A DNA stretch of 46,550 nt, taken from positions 1-46,550 of the forward strand of contig JBFZCF010000001.1 in assembly GCA_041308065.1 (NCBI GenBank), given 5' to 3'. Each line of letters starts with the position of its first letter. Position 1 is the stretch's first letter. A program made the translations under genes and the position numbers. Below, in pieces: positions 9,875-22,238 of this stretch. This stretch comes from Burkholderiales bacterium. Its GTDB lineage: Bacteria; Pseudomonadota; Gammaproteobacteria; Burkholderiales; Burkholderiaceae_F. The notes below the pieces were generated by a model. It worked only from the letters and a program-made list of their open reading frames with translations. It was not told the origin of the DNA and did not search any database.

Positions 9875-11107
9875 ATGAGAAACGAAACCAAAGACCTGAT
9901 CGTCGGACTCGACATCGGCACCTCCAAGGTGGTGGTGGCGGTGGCCGAGGTGCTCCCGGAGGGGCGGTTCCAGGTCATCGGATTGGGGCAGGCCGAGTCG
10001 CAGGGCCTGCGCAAGGGTGTCGTCGTCAACATCGAGTCGACGGTGCAGTCGATCCGCCGCGCGCTGGAGGAGGCGGAGCTGATGGCCGCCTGCCAGATCA
10101 AGGATGTCTTCACCGGCATCGCGGGCAGCCACATCAAGAGCTTCAACTCGAGCGGCATGGTGGCCATCAAGGACCGCGAAGTCTCGGGCGCCGATGTCGC
10201 GCGCGTGATCGAGACCGCCAAGGCGGTGAACATCCCCACCGACCAGCAGGTGCTGCACGTGCTGACGCAGGAGTTCATCGTCGACGGACAGGAGGACATC
10301 CGCGAGCCGATCGGCATGAGCGGCGTGCGGCTCGAGGTGCGGGTGCACATCGTCACCGGCGCGGTCAGCGCCGCGCAGAACATCATCAAGTGCGTGCGCC
10401 GCTGCGGACTCGAGGTTCAGGACCTGATCCTGCAGCCGCTCGCGTCATCGCTGTCCGTGCTGTCGGCGGACGAGAAGGAACTGGGCGTGGCGCTCGTGGA
10501 CGTCGGCGGCGGCACCACCGACATCGCCATTTTCACGGGTGGCGCCATTCGCCACACCGCGATCCTTCCGATCGCGGGCGACCAGATCACGAACGACATC
10601 GCGATGGCCCTGCGCACGCCGATCCCCGATGCCGAGGAGATCAAGCTGCGCTGGGGTGTCGCCAAGGAAGTGCTGGCGGACCCGAACGAGAAGATCGAGA
10701 TCCCGGGCCTCGGCGACCGTGGTCCGCGCCTGCTGTCGCGCCAGTCGCTTGCGGCCGTGATCGAGCCGCGCGTGGAGGAGCTTTTCACGCTGACGCAGCA
10801 GGTCATCCGCGAGTCCGGCTACGAGGAACTGCTCTCGTCGGGAATCGTGCTGACCGGCGGGACGAGCCTGCTGCCCGGCATGACCGAAATCGCGGAAGAC
10901 GTGTTCCTGAAACCGGCGCGCATCGGCTGGCCGAGCTACGACGGCTCGCTGGCGGATGTCGTGCGCAATCCGCGCTTTGCGACGGCGATCGGCCTGCTGG
11001 TCGAGGCGCACTCGCAGCGCCTGCGGGGCCGGAAGATCGCGCAGCAGACCGGATCGTTCAAGCAGACCTTCAAGCGGATGAAGGAGTGGGTCGTGGGCAA
11101 TTTCTAG
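9875..11107 (+). CDS. ftsA: Cell division protein FtsA
   Basis: 410-aa actin-like ATPase (LIVGLDIGTSKVV, DVGGGTTDIA). Confidence 0.96.
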   Translation: MRNETKDLIVGLDIGTSKVVVAVAEVLPEGRFQVIGLGQAESQGLRKGVVVNIESTVQSIRRALEEAELMAACQIKDVFTGIAGSHIKSFNSSGMVAIKDREVSGADVARVIETAKAVNIPTDQQVLHVLTQEFIVDGQEDIREPIGMSGVRLEVRVHIVTGAVSAAQNIIKCVRRCGLEVQDLILQPLASSLSVLSADEKELGVALVDVGGGTTDIAIFTGGAIRHTAILPIAGDQITNDIAMALRTPIPDAEEIKLRWGVAKEVLADPNEKIEIPGLGDRGPRLLSRQSLAAVIEPRVEELFTLTQQVIRESGYEELLSSGIVLTGGTSLLPGMTEIAEDVFLKPARIGWPSYDGSLADVVRNPRFATAIGLLVEAHSQRLRGRKIAQQTGSFKQTFKRMKEWVVGNF

Positions 11108-11208
11108 TGGTGAGGGCGGAGTACTCAGTGGCAAGCGCGTAAGGCTGCGCTTTTGTCAGTGAGCGTTCCAAATCGTGCAGTAACGAAATCGGCAAATCAG
11201 GAGGAAAC

Positions 11209-12393
11209 ATGAGCTTCGAGATTCTGGAAACAGAGACAAACGGGACCATCATCAAGGTAGTGGGCGTGGGCGGGGCCGGCGGCAATGCGGTCGAGCACAT
11301 GATCCGGCGGGGCGTGCAGGGCGTGGAGTTCGTCTGCGCGAACACCGATCACCAGGCACTGGCGCGGTCGTCGTCGCAGAACATCCTGCAACTCGGCAGG
11401 TCGGGCCTGGGCGCCGGCAGCCGGCCGGACGCCGGGCGCGCTGCGGCCGAGGAGGCGCGCGACCGCATCGCCGATGCGCTGCGTGGCGCGCACATGGTCT
11501 TCATCACCGCCGGCATGGGCGGCGGCACGGGCACCGGCGCGGCGCCGGTGTTCGCGGAAGTGGCGAAGGAACTCGGAGTCCTGACCGTTGCCGTGGTCTC
11601 CAAGCCTTTCGAGTTCGAGGGACCGAAGCGGATGAAGCTCGCCGAAGAGGGCCTGTCGGAGCTCGAGGACAACGTCCACTCGCTGATCGTCATCCTCAAC
11701 AACAAGCTCGAGGAGGTGATGGGCGAGGACGCCGAGATGGCCGAGTGCTTCCGCGCCGCCGACGACGTCCTGCACAACGCGTGCGCGGGCATCGCCGAGA
11801 TCATCAACGTGCCGGGGCTCGTCAACGTCGACTTCGAGGACGTGAAGACGGTGATGAGCGAGCGTGGCAAGGCGATGATGGGTACCGCGACCGCCTCCGG
11901 CCTCGATCGCGCGCGCATCGCGGCCGAGCAGGCTGTCGCCAGCCCGCTGCTCGAAGGGGTCGACCTGTCGGGCGCGCGCGGCGTGCTGGTGAACATCACT
12001 GCGTCGTCATCGCTGAAGATGAAGGAAACGCGCGAGGTCATGAACACGATCCGCGCGTTCTCCGCCGAGGACTCGACGGTGATCTTCGGAACGGTGTGCG
12101 ACGAAGCGATGGGCGATTCCCTGCGCGTCACGGTGGTCGCCACCGGCCTGGGCCGCGCCTCGGCGAAGAAGGTGTCGACGCCGTTCACCGTGATCCGCAC
12201 GGGAACCGACAACAGCCCGGTCGGCATGGTGCAGGCGGCTCCCGCGCCGATGCCGGTGACCGATTTCAACGATCTCGACAAGCCGGCGATCTGGCGCACC
12301 CGGGAGTCGGTGCAGGCGCGCGTCAGCGCCATGGAGGACTCCGGCGCCGAGCGCTACGACATTCCGGCGTTCCTCCGGAGGCAGGCGGATTGA
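11209..12393 (+). CDS. ftsZ: Cell division GTPase FtsZ
   Basis: 394 aa with the tubulin signature GGGTGTGAAP and C-terminal DIPAFLRRQAD peptide. AGGAGG Shine-Dalgarno upstream. Confidence 0.98.
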   Translation: MSFEILETETNGTIIKVVGVGGAGGNAVEHMIRRGVQGVEFVCANTDHQALARSSSQNILQLGRSGLGAGSRPDAGRAAAEEARDRIADALRGAHMVFITAGMGGGTGTGAAPVFAEVAKELGVLTVAVVSKPFEFEGPKRMKLAEEGLSELEDNVHSLIVILNNKLEEVMGEDAEMAECFRAADDVLHNACAGIAEIINVPGLVNVDFEDVKTVMSERGKAMMGTATASGLDRARIAAEQAVASPLLEGVDLSGARGVLVNITASSSLKMKETREVMNTIRAFSAEDSTVIFGTVCDEAMGDSLRVTVVATGLGRASAKKVSTPFTVIRTGTDNSPVGMVQAAPAPMPVTDFNDLDKPAIWRTRESVQARVSAMEDSGAERYDIPAFLRRQAD

Positions 12394-12398
12394 TGTCT

Positions 12399-12447
12399 CA
12401 GTCCTCGTGTACGCGACCCCTTTGGGGTCGCACGTGCACGAGGACTG
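12399..12447. repeat. Long imperfect hairpin just after the ftsZ stop
   Basis: CAGTCCTCGTG..GCGACCCC-TTT-GGGGTCGC..CACGAGGACTG: an 11-bp outer stem plus an 8-bp inner stem. No U-tract follows. Confidence 0.6.
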
Positions 12448-12478
12448 CCACGCTCGCTGCGCTCGCGCCCGGAACAGT

Positions 12479-12519
12479 CGGTCGGGCTTCGGGCGGCCGG
12501 GCGCCCGACCGCTTTATAA
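12479..12519 (+). terminator. Candidate dcw-operon terminator hairpin
   Basis: CGGTCGGGC-(15 nt)-GCCCGACCG, a 9-bp GC stem followed by CTTTATAA. The loop is long and the U-tract weak. Confidence 0.3.
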
Positions 12520-12568
12520 CCGCGACGGCACTCCCCCCGGCCCCCTCGCCGCGCGAGGGGGTGAAGAG

Positions 12569-13432
12569 TCACTGCTCCCCCACCAGAGCCTGGTACGCGT
12601 GCCACGTCGCGTGGCCGATCAGGGGGACGGCGATCACCAGGCCGACGAACAGCGTGGCGAAGCCGAGGCCGACGATGAAGACGATCAGGGCCGCCCACAG
12701 CGCGAGCGGTCCCATGTTGCCGAACAGCGCGCGCACGCTGGTCAGGGCGGCAACGATCGTGTCGGTTCCGCGGTCGAGCATCATCGGGACCGACACGACG
12801 CTGACGGCAAACGCGATCGATGCGAACACGCTTCCCACCGCGAAGTAGGTGATGAGGAAGTCGACGTGATCGGCGCTGATCACCTGGCTGAAGAAGTCCT
12901 TCAGGGTGGGCATGCCGCTGGAGAAGAACAGCGCGAACGTCACCAGCGAGGCGCGCGCCCACACGAGCATGATCACGCCGAGGCAGAGCGTGAACAGGGT
13001 GAAGGCGCCGAGGTTGGCGCGCCACGCGGTCAGCGTGTCGCGCAGCGCGACCGGCTCGCCGCGCTGTCGGCGCCGGCTGATGTCGTACAGCCCGGTCGCA
13101 AGGAAGGGGCCGAGCAGCAGGAACCCCGCGGTCAGGGCGGATGTCAGCTCCACCATGTGCCGGAACACGAGGTGGATCAGCAGTCCCATCAATGCGAACG
13201 CGGCGCCGTAGAACAGGCTGGCCGCCGGGGCGCCACGCAGGTCGCGCCAGCCGAGGGCGAGCCAGTCGAACGGGGCGCCGAGCGTGACGGTGCGGATCGG
13301 CGGAAATGGCGATCGAACGGGCGGCCCTCCCTGTTCGGTGCGTTCAATGGCGGGGAGATTCGTCAAATGCAATCCTTGAAGTTCTGCCGATTCTGGCCGA
13401 GTGTTCCCTCTTCCGCTCGCTGCGACGCACAA
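12569..13432 (-). CDS. DUF2189-family integral membrane protein
   Basis: Multi-TM ORF with the family-typical N-terminal PFDWLALGWRDLRGAPAASLFYG block. The start is uncertain; an in-frame TTG at 13366 preceded by AAGGA is an alternative. Confidence 0.7.
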   Translation of the reverse strand: MCVAASGRGNTRPESAELQGLHLTNLPAIERTEQGGPPVRSPFPPIRTVTLGAPFDWLALGWRDLRGAPAASLFYGAAFALMGLLIHLVFRHMVELTSALTAGFLLLGPFLATGLYDISRRRQRGEPVALRDTLTAWRANLGAFTLFTLCLGVIMLVWARASLVTFALFFSSGMPTLKDFFSQVISADHVDFLITYFAVGSVFASIAFAVSVVSVPMMLDRGTDTIVAALTSVRALFGNMGPLALWAALIVFIVGLGFATLFVGLVIAVPLIGHATWHAYQALVGEQ

Positions 13433-13452
13433 TCGACGGTTAAAATTGCGTC

Positions 13453-14364
13453 ATGCTGAAACAGCGCACGCTCAAGCAAGTCGTCCGCACCGTCGGAATC
13501 GGACTGCACAGCGGCACGAAGGTGGAACTGGCGCTGCGTCCGGCCGCCGCCGACACCGGCGTGGTGTTCCGGCGCGTCGACGTGGACCCGCCAGTCGACA
13601 TTCCGCTGTCGCCCGAGCGGGTGGTCGACACGCGGATGGCGACGACGATCGGTCGCGACGGGCAGATCGTCGCAACCATCGAGCACCTGATGAGCGCGAT
13701 CTCCGGGCTCGGCATCGACAACTGCTACGTCGACGTCGACGCGCCCGAGATCCCGATCATGGACGGCAGCGCCGCGAGCTTCGTGTTCCTGATCCAGTCC
13801 GCGGGCATCGTCGAACTGAACGCCCCGAAGAAGTTCGTGCGGGTGCTGAAGCCGGTCGAGATCGTCGACGGCGACAAGTGGGCGCGCCTGTCGCCATACG
13901 CGGGGTTCCGGCTGAAGTTCTCGATCGAGTTCAAGCACCCAGCGATCGACGCGACCGAACAGGTCGTCGAGGTCGACTTCGCGCGCGAGTCGTTCGTCAA
14001 GGACGTCGCGCGTGCGCGCACGTTCGGCTTCGTGAACGAGGTCGAGGCGCTGCGCGCGGCCGGCCTGGCGATGGGAGGCAACTTCGAGAATGCCATCGTC
14101 ATGGACGAGTACCGCGTGCTGAACACCGATGGGCTGCGTGCCGGCGACGAGTTTGCCAAGCACAAGATCCTGGACGCCATCGGCGACCTCTCGGTGCTGG
14201 GGCGCCCGCTGATCGCCTCGTACGAGGCGCACAAGTCCGGTCACGCGCTCAACAACAAGCTGCTGCGCGCCCTGACCGCGGATGCAACCGCCTACGAGGT
14301 GGTGACGTTCGAAGACGAGGGCCTGGCGCCGTCGGGCGTGCGCCTGCAACTGGCCGCTGCCTAG
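13453..14364 (+). CDS. lpxC: UDP-3-O-acyl-N-acetylglucosamine deacetylase LpxC
   Basis: 303 aa. N-terminus [21 protein letters not shown], and motifs [10 protein letters not shown] and EHLMSA. Confidence 0.96.
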   Translation: MLKQRTLKQVVRTVGIGLHSGTKVELALRPAAADTGVVFRRVDVDPPVDIPLSPERVVDTRMATTIGRDGQIVATIEHLMSAISGLGIDNCYVDVDAPEIPIMDGSAASFVFLIQSAGIVELNAPKKFVRVLKPVEIVDGDKWARLSPYAGFRLKFSIEFKHPAIDATEQVVEVDFARESFVKDVARARTFGFVNEVEALRAAGLAMGGNFENAIVMDEYRVLNTDGLRAGDEFAKHKILDAIGDLSVLGRPLIASYEAHKSGHALNNKLLRALTADATAYEVVTFEDEGLAPSGVRLQLAAA

Positions 14365-14846
14365 CGTTTCGCGCGTTTCCTGAGGGTCGCCGCCAGCCGC
14401 TCCACGGCGTGCTTCAGGGGCGACTCCCGCACAGTGAGCGCGAACTTTCCCACGGTCTCGCCAGCGCTCGGCGCAGGGTGGAGCCAGGCGGCGTCTTCGA
14501 TCGATGGCTTGGCGCTCCCCTGTTCCGGGTAGCCCGTGAAACCGGGTTGGACACGCACCCGGATTTCGTACACTTGAATCCCTTCGCCGCCCAGGGTCGA
14601 CAGCAGCCGGGGTGACACCTGGCGCAACTTGGCAGACTGGGCCGTCGAAGACACAGTGAGCAGGAGCACGTTGTCGCGCAGTTCGCATCGGCCGGGCAGG
14701 AGGGGATCGAACCCCGATGCCAGTGAACGGCAGACCGGTGCGATGCTGCGGGCGGCGCGCTGGGAGGTCTCCCAGCGGGCGAGCAGGCGGGCCGCTTCCG
14801 GCGCGTCGCGCAGCGCCTCGGCGAGGGGCCTGGACGGACTAGACAC
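14361..14846 (-). CDS. dciA: DUF721 / DciA-like protein
   Basis: 161-aa ORF in the conserved betaproteobacterial slot between lpxC and the M23 peptidase/secA. The family call rests on position and the general sequence character I recall, not on a computed alignment. Confidence 0.55.
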   Translation of the reverse strand: MSSPSRPLAEALRDAPEAARLLARWETSQRAARSIAPVCRSLASGFDPLLPGRCELRDNVLLLTVSSTAQSAKLRQVSPRLLSTLGGEGIQVYEIRVRVQPGFTGYPEQGSAKPSIEDAAWLHPAPSAGETVGKFALTVRESPLKHAVERLAATLRKRAKR

Positions 14847-14896
14847 GGGGAACCGCGACGCGCTGTCGCCGCGGTGGGCACGGACTGGAGGGACGG

Positions 14897-15886
14897 GTGC
14901 AGATCATCGTCGTCGACAAGCGGCTGGCGCGCGCGCGGACCATCACGCTCACGCGTCGTCATGCCGCCATGGCACTTTCGGCAGCCGTGCTGGTGGTTCT
15001 CATCATGTCGGGAATGTTCTCCTTCCTGACCGTTCGCGCGGCCGGCCTGTTCCCGATTCCGGTCGTGTCCGATGTTATCTCCTTCGTCACGCGCGATGAG
15101 ATGGAGCGCCAGGACCAGCGGGTGCGGGACAACGTCGACGCCCTGGCGCGCAGGCTGGGAGAAGTGCAGGCCCAGTTGCTGCGCCTGGATGCGCTGGGTG
15201 AGCGCGTGTCGAAGGCGATCGGCATACGCCCCGAGGAGTTCCGCTTCCAGGACCTGCCCGGCCGCGGCGGCGCCCTGCCGGGATCCGACTCGATGACCTT
15301 GCAGGACCTCGACGTCGAACTGGAGCGATTCAGCAGGAGCGTCGATCAGCGCGCCGATTACCTGGCCGTCATCGAGGCGGAACTGCAGTCGCACCAGGTG
15401 CGCGAGGCGCTGCTGCCGAACAGCAAGCCGCTGGCCGACGGGTTCGTCGGATCGGGCTTCGGATGGCGGACCGACCCGTTCACGGGAAGGATGGCGCGGC
15501 ATGAAGGAATGGATTTCGCCGCGCCGCCGGGCACGCCGATTCACGCGGCGGCGGGCGGCGTCGTGCTGCTGGCCGAGTTCCATCCCGAGTACGGGAACGT
15601 GGTCGAGATCGACCACGGCAACCAACTGATGACGCGCTACGCGCATGCGCTGCGCCTCAGCGTGCGGCCGGGCGATCTCGTCAAGCGCGGCCAGAAGATC
15701 GCCGAGGTGGGAAGCACGGGCCGTTCGACCGGTCCGCACCTGCACTTCGAGGTGCACTCGAAGGGGGTCGCGCAGAATCCATCCCGGTTCTTGTCCAGGC
15801 CGGGCAACCTGCTCCAGCAGCGTGCGGCCAGCGCCGCCAAGGTCGACCTCAAGGGCCTCGCGGCCGCGGCAATTGCCCGCAACTAG
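14897..15886 (+). CDS. M23 (LytM) family metallopeptidase with N-terminal TM and coiled-coil region
   Basis: HEGMDFAAP (HxxxD) and GPHLHFEVH (HxH) catalytic motifs are intact. GTG start. Confidence 0.85.
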   Translation: MQIIVVDKRLARARTITLTRRHAAMALSAAVLVVLIMSGMFSFLTVRAAGLFPIPVVSDVISFVTRDEMERQDQRVRDNVDALARRLGEVQAQLLRLDALGERVSKAIGIRPEEFRFQDLPGRGGALPGSDSMTLQDLDVELERFSRSVDQRADYLAVIEAELQSHQVREALLPNSKPLADGFVGSGFGWRTDPFTGRMARHEGMDFAAPPGTPIHAAAGGVVLLAEFHPEYGNVVEIDHGNQLMTRYAHALRLSVRPGDLVKRGQKIAEVGSTGRSTGPHLHFEVHSKGVAQNPSRFLSRPGNLLQQRAASAAKVDLKGLAAAAIARN

Positions 15887-15930
15887 AGGGTTTTTAGCCC
15901 TCGGTGGCGCCCGGTCAGCGCGACCCCCTG

Positions 15931-15939
15931 TGACATAAT
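15931..15939 (+). promoter_or_regulatory. Candidate extended -10 promoter element for secA (TGaCATAAT)
   Basis: Motif read in the 140-nt gap upstream of secA. There is no good -35 element. Confidence 0.3.
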
Positions 15940-16026
15940 TTTCGCTTTGCGACGCGCGCCGGAGCCCCGGCGTCGTTCCGTCGCGCCCACTTCTGCCGGC
16001 TCCACGCGGGGTCCGGCCCATTCCTG

Positions 16027-18792
<2,766 letters not shown>

Positions 18793-18845
18793 CGAGTTCG
18801 CCGTGACATTGCTCGCTCGCTTCGCGAGCGGCAACCTAGAGGATG

Positions 18846-18870
18846 CAGGAGGGGGCCGTGCCCCCTCCTG
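18846..18870 (+). terminator. GC-rich hairpin downstream of secA (possible terminator, no U-tract)
   Basis: CAGGAGGGGG-CCGTG-CCCCCTCCTG, a 10-bp perfect stem. It is preceded by a 7-bp hairpin at 18814-18830. Confidence 0.35.
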
Positions 18871-18952
18871 GAACTCCCCCTCCTGACGCGGAGCCCCGAG
18901 CGCGCCGCCCGCTTGCGGTAACGTTCAGCCTTCACTTCTCCATCGAACTGCA

Positions 18953-20182
18953 ATGCCTGTCAATCTGCCGTTGCCTCGCCGGGAAGAGCTCTTCCCGGTC
19001 GCGGGCGTTGAACTCGGCTGGGCGGAGGCCGGGATCCGGAAGGCCAGTCGCAAGGACGTCCTGGTGGTGCGCATCGCCGACGGCGCTGCGGTGGGTGGCG
19101 TGTTCACGCGCAATCGGTTCTGCGCTGCTCCTGTCACCGTCTGTCGCGAGCACCTTGCGGCCGGCGCAGGCGTTCGCGCCCTGGTGGTCAACACCGGCAA
19201 CGCGAATGCGGGCACGGGCGAAACGGGCCTGCAGGCCGCGCGGGCCACGTGCGATGCGCTCGCGAAGCTTCTCGGCTGCGAGCCGGCCCAGGTACTCCCG
19301 TTCTCGACCGGCGTGATCATGGAACCGCTTCCCGTCGACCGGCTCGTCGCCGGACTGCCGGCGGCGCTCGACAGGCTGCAGGCCGGTCACTGGCTCGAAG
19401 CCGCCGAAGCGATCATGACCACGGACACCCAGCCCAAGGCGGTGTCGCGGCGCATCGACATCGGAGGACAGACGATCACGGTCACCGGCATTGCCAAGGG
19501 CGCAGGCATGATCCGGCCGAACATGGCGACCATGCTCGGCTTCGTCGCCACCGATGCCGCGATCGCGCCGGCGTTGATGCCGCAACTCGCGCGGACCGCC
19601 GCCGACCGCTCGTTCAACCGGATCACGATCGACGGCGACACATCGACAAACGACTCGTTCATCGTCATTGCCAGCGGCCGCGGCGGAGTGCCGCGCATCG
19701 ACTCGGCCAGCTCGCCGGCCTACGCGGCCGTGGCGGGCGCGATCGAAGCGGTGGCCCTGCAACTGGCCCAGGCGATCGTCCGCGACGGCGAGGGCGCGAC
19801 GAAGTTCATCGAAGTGCGCGTGGAACAGGCCCGGAGCGAGGAAGAGGCGGCCCGCATCGCCTACGCGGTCGCGCACTCGCCGCTGGTGAAGACCGCATTC
19901 TTCGCGTCCGATCCCAATCTCGGCCGCATCCTCGCTGCAGTCGGCTATGCCGGGGTCGATGACCTCGACACGCGCCTCGTCCAGATGCACCTCGACGACG
20001 TCTGGGTCGTCAGCAATGGCGGCCGTCGCTCCGAGTACCGCGAAGAAGACGGGCAGCGCGTCATGAAGCGCAGCGAGATCACGATCCGCCTTCAACTCGG
20101 TCGTGGAACGGCGTCGACCTCCGTGTGGACCACCGACCTGTCGCACGACTATGTGTCGATCAACGCGGACTACCGGTCATGA
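18953..20182 (+). CDS. argJ: Bifunctional glutamate N-acetyltransferase / amino-acid acetyltransferase ArgJ
   Basis: 409 aa with ArgJ-typical blocks (NTGNANAGTG, the autoproteolytic [10 protein letters not shown] site). Confidence 0.95.
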   Translation: MPVNLPLPRREELFPVAGVELGWAEAGIRKASRKDVLVVRIADGAAVGGVFTRNRFCAAPVTVCREHLAAGAGVRALVVNTGNANAGTGETGLQAARATCDALAKLLGCEPAQVLPFSTGVIMEPLPVDRLVAGLPAALDRLQAGHWLEAAEAIMTTDTQPKAVSRRIDIGGQTITVTGIAKGAGMIRPNMATMLGFVATDAAIAPALMPQLARTAADRSFNRITIDGDTSTNDSFIVIASGRGGVPRIDSASSPAYAAVAGAIEAVALQLAQAIVRDGEGATKFIEVRVEQARSEEEAARIAYAVAHSPLVKTAFFASDPNLGRILAAVGYAGVDDLDTRLVQMHLDDVWVVSNGGRRSEYREEDGQRVMKRSEITIRLQLGRGTASTSVWTTDLSHDYVSINADYRS

Positions 20183-21081
20183 GCGAAGTCGGCCAGCCGG
20201 ACGCAGTCGCGCGCCTGGCGCGCGCGCTGGAGCGCATCGAGTCCCTCCTGCCGGCTGACGTCGAACCTGACTTCGGTGCGTTCCTGGCCTTTCGCTGGCG
20301 CAAGCGCCGGTACCTGGGCCTGGAGCGTGGTGAATTGCACCCGGTGGCGCACCCCGCGCTGATTGCCTTCGAGGACCTGAAGCACGTCGATGCGCAGAAG
20401 GACGCGCTGCGGGCGAACACCTGGCAGTTCGTGCGCGGACTTCCGGCCAACAACGCCCTGCTGACCGGAGCGCGGGGCACGGGGAAGTCCTCGCTGATCC
20501 GGGCCTGCCTGCACGCCTTCGCGCCGGAAGGCCTGCGGCTGATCGAAGTCGACAAGCGGGACCTGGTCGACCTGGCGGACATCGTCGACCGGGTGGCCAA
20601 GCGACCCGAGCGTTTCATCGTGTTCTGCGACGACCTGTCGTTCGACGCCAACGAGGTCGGCTACAAGGAGTTGAAGGCGGCGCTCGACGGCTCGATCGCC
20701 GGCGCGGCGGAGAACGTGCTGATCTACGCGTCGTCGAACCGGCGGCACCTGATGCCCGAGTACATGCGCGACAACCTGGGCGCGCATTACGACGACGACG
20801 GTGAAGTCCACCCTGCCGAGGCGGTCGAGGAGCGCGTCTCGCTGTCGGAGCGCTTCGGCCTCTGGCTGTCGTTCTATCCGTTCCGTCAGGATGACTACCT
20901 GGACATCGTCGGGCACTGGCTCGCGAGTTTCGGACTCGATCGGGCGGCCATCGGAGCCGCGCAGGCCGAAGCGCTCCAGTTCGCGCTCCAGCGCGGCTCC
21001 CGTTCCGGCCGCATCGCCTTGCAGTTCGCCCGTCAGTGGGCGGGACAGCGGCTGTCTTCGGCGCGTCCCGCCAGGGGATGA
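20179..21081 (+). CDS. DUF815-type AAA/P-loop ATP-binding protein of unknown function
   Basis: ATG 20179 (ATGA overlap with argJ). Walker [10 protein letters not shown] and Walker B-like [10 protein letters not shown]. Confidence 0.75.
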   Translation: MSEVGQPDAVARLARALERIESLLPADVEPDFGAFLAFRWRKRRYLGLERGELHPVAHPALIAFEDLKHVDAQKDALRANTWQFVRGLPANNALLTGARGTGKSSLIRACLHAFAPEGLRLIEVDKRDLVDLADIVDRVAKRPERFIVFCDDLSFDANEVGYKELKAALDGSIAGAAENVLIYASSNRRHLMPEYMRDNLGAHYDDDGEVHPAEAVEERVSLSERFGLWLSFYPFRQDDYLDIVGHWLASFGLDRAAIGAAQAEALQFALQRGSRSGRIALQFARQWAGQRLSSARPARG

Positions 21082-22097
21082 CCGCGGCGCGCGCGCCGGT
21101 CGACGTCGCAGTCGGCATCCTGGTCCGGCCCGACGGCCGGCTGCTCCTCGCGAGCCGCCCCGAGGGCAAGCCGTATGCGGGGTACTGGGAATTCCCGGGC
21201 GGAAAACTCGAGCCCGGCGAAACCGTGGCGCACGCACTGAAGCGCGAGTTGCACGAAGAGCTCGGCATCGACATCGGCTCCGTGTGTCCATGGGTCGTCC
21301 GTGTCTTCGACTACCCGCACGCGCTCGTTCGCCTGCACTTCTGCCGGGTGTTCGAGTGGAGCGGCGAGCTGCATGCGCGGGAACAGCAGCGCTTCGGCTT
21401 CTTCGCCCTCAATGAGCTTCCAGCGCCCCTTCTGCCAGCCACTGTCCCGGTGCTCCGCGGGCTCGAGCTGCCCCCGGTCTACGCAGTCAGCGCGGCGGGC
21501 CTCCTGGGCATCGACGCGTTTATCCGACGACTGGGCGACTCGCTCGCGCGCGGACTCGGCTTCGTCCAGTTGCGCGAGCCTGATCTCGCCGACGCGGATG
21601 TCGTTCGGCTGTTCGGTGAAATGCTTTCCATGACACGCGCGGCCGGAGCGCGCCTGCTGGTGAACAGTCGTCATCCGCGCGCGCTGTGGGAGGCAGCCGA
21701 TGGAGTCCACCTGACGTCGCATGCGCTGGCAACCATCGGCAAGCGGCCCGCACTGCGGTGGGTCGGCGCGTCGGTGCACGACGGGAAGGAACTGGCGCGG
21801 GCCGGGGAGCTGGGCGTGGACTTCGCCGTGCTCGGCCCGGTTCAGTTGACGGCGAGCCATCCTGGCCAGTCACCGCTTGGATGGACCCGGTTCGAGCGGA
21901 TCGCAGCCGGCACGTCGCTGCCGGTGTACGCGATCGGCGGACTCGACGGTGAAGCGCTTCCCATGGCGATGGCGTGCGGCGCACACGGCGTCGCGCTGCT
22001 GTCGGCGGCGTGGCGGGCCGGTCAGTGTTTCGACCGGGCGGGATCCGTCGGTGGCGTCTCTTCCGCCTCTGCCGCTGCGCCGCCCGGCACCACGTAG
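21078..22097 (+). CDS. mutT: Nudix (MutT-like 8-oxo-dGTP diphosphatase) fused to a thiamine-phosphate-synthase-like (ThiE/TenI fold) domain
   Basis: ATG 21078 (ATGA overlap with the DUF815 gene). Nudix box [24 protein letters not shown]. The C-terminal half has a TMP-TENI-like ...VDFAVLGPV...LPVYAIGG pattern. Confidence 0.8.
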   Translation: MTAARAPVDVAVGILVRPDGRLLLASRPEGKPYAGYWEFPGGKLEPGETVAHALKRELHEELGIDIGSVCPWVVRVFDYPHALVRLHFCRVFEWSGELHAREQQRFGFFALNELPAPLLPATVPVLRGLELPPVYAVSAAGLLGIDAFIRRLGDSLARGLGFVQLREPDLADADVVRLFGEMLSMTRAAGARLLVNSRHPRALWEAADGVHLTSHALATIGKRPALRWVGASVHDGKELARAGELGVDFAVLGPVQLTASHPGQSPLGWTRFERIAAGTSLPVYAIGGLDGEALPMAMACGAHGVALLSAAWRAGQCFDRAGSVGGVSSASAAAPPGTT

Positions 22098-22222
22098 CGA
22101 TCGGAGGCCCACGCGCCGAGGTCGATCATCTTGCAGCGCTCGGAGCAGAACGGCCGGAACTTCGAAGCTTCGCTCCATTCGACCCGCTGCCCGCAGGTCG
22201 GGCACTTCACCACCGGAGGCAT
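22022..22222 (-). CDS. yacG: DNA gyrase inhibitor YacG (zinc finger)
   Basis: 66 aa: CPTCGQ...[15 protein letters not shown], the canonical YacG motif. Downstream of zapD. Confidence 0.85.
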   Translation of the reverse strand: MPPVVKCPTCGQRVEWSEASKFRPFCSERCKMIDLGAWASDRYVVPGGAAAEAEETPPTDPARSKH

Positions 22223-22238
22223 CGGGCCGAGCGGAAAC

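Noticed and set aside
11108-11208. Small hairpin AAGCGC-GTAAGGCT-GCGCTT followed by TTTG between ftsA and ftsZ, considered as a possible attenuator.
   Set aside because: The stem is only 6 bp with an 8-nt loop and a weak U-tract, which is not distinguishable from chance. The gap otherwise holds a normal Shine-Dalgarno for ftsZ.
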